Assembly (NCBI RefSeq): GCF_000002075.1
Contig: NW_004797388.1
Span: forward strand, 689,169-753,168
Direction of reading: 5' to 3'
Length of the DNA: 64,000 bases
Origin: Aplysia californica
Taxonomy: Eukaryota
Made by a program: the position numbers and the translations under genes
Part shown: positions 63,086 through 64,000 of the stretch, piece by piece
Layout of the letters: the number at the start of each line of letters is the position of its first letter
Numbering within the stretch: the stretch's first letter is position 1
The notes under the pieces: generated by a model
Seen by the model: the letters and a program-made list of their open reading frames with translations, nothing else
What the model was told of the DNA's origin: nothing
The model's database searches: none

Positions 63086-64000
63086 AATATTATGATCTTA
63101 TTGTTTTGCAAGTGCCGTGAAACTCTTTCTACAACTACAACTGAAGCTGCGGTAAAGTTTTTATACATTCAGTGCATTTGTACTCATTTATCCGGCCCAC
63201 TTTTTCAAAGTTCGGTGACCCGTATTTTACGGAAAAAATATGTCCTATTTAAAAGCAATTGTTTGCATTATTCATTGCATATAGCCCTGCCGCTGCTGTT
63301 CATGGAGGAGGAGGCTCTTAGAAATTATAACAACAAAAAACCTCTTGCAACTTGCTCTCTTTAACGATGTGAATGAAGTGCTCGGTTCGTGAAAGTGGTA
63401 TAAATGAAATATGTCTCAAATGAGATTTCTTTCTGCACGATTATGAATTCAGAGGAATGCTCTGGGGATGTCAAAGTGTATGAAGAGAGTAGGCCCTGTT
63501 TAATTAAAATTAACTACTCTCTGGTGTGTGAGAAAGACAACTTAACATGCTGTTTACGTCACGAGTTACGTCCTCGGAAAGACGCTTGACAACTTGGTAA
63601 TAGCTGTGTTTTGGAAATAGAAATAAGAATAATAGTACCTGTGTAAATATTAGATCTAGATATACCTTACCGCTGAATGAAAAGTGAATGTGGGAGCTTT
63701 GTAGAAAACTGCATAGTGCATCTCCTCGCGATGCGATCGACGCTTATATGCAACAGAGAATGAGAAAGTAAAAGTAAACATTTGAAAGTGAGGGTAGTAA
63801 AAGTATTGATCTACATGAAGTGTTATGTTCCCCGATTCTATCAGCGATAATATTGTGTACGTCAACGTTCCTTTCAATGCTTTAAAGTTGTTTAAGCAGT
63901 AGCACCTCCGAATTGAAGTCCGTTTCCTACAGGACTAATGGCATGTAATTAGACAGCCAGGAAAACATCCTGCTCAACCATTATATTTTCTAAATGTCAA

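Overview
Eukaryotic (animal) genomic DNA with four assembly gaps. The repeat landscape and an OxlT-like MFS gene suggest a mollusc, possibly a gastropod (inference). The main gene is a complete + strand SUPT5H/Spt5 gene: 24 coding exons from 11569 to 41027, every junction phase-compatible by hand, 1094 aa. Its intron 21079-22147 has minor-spliceosome (U12-type) signals. A + strand MFS transporter gene has one large coding exon (52134-53761). The rest is decayed RTE-clade LINEs, several tRNA-derived SINE families, many MITE-like DNA-transposon remnants, and micro- and minisatellites. Main observations: the U12 intron in Spt5; a ~185-bp stem-loop-tailed retroelement found only in sense orientation inside Spt5 and mostly next to exons; an open frame fusing Spt5 exon 2 to an RTE endonuclease; a DRE/ETS candidate bidirectional promoter flanked by TCTAGA arrays; and possible decoy or poison splice sites.
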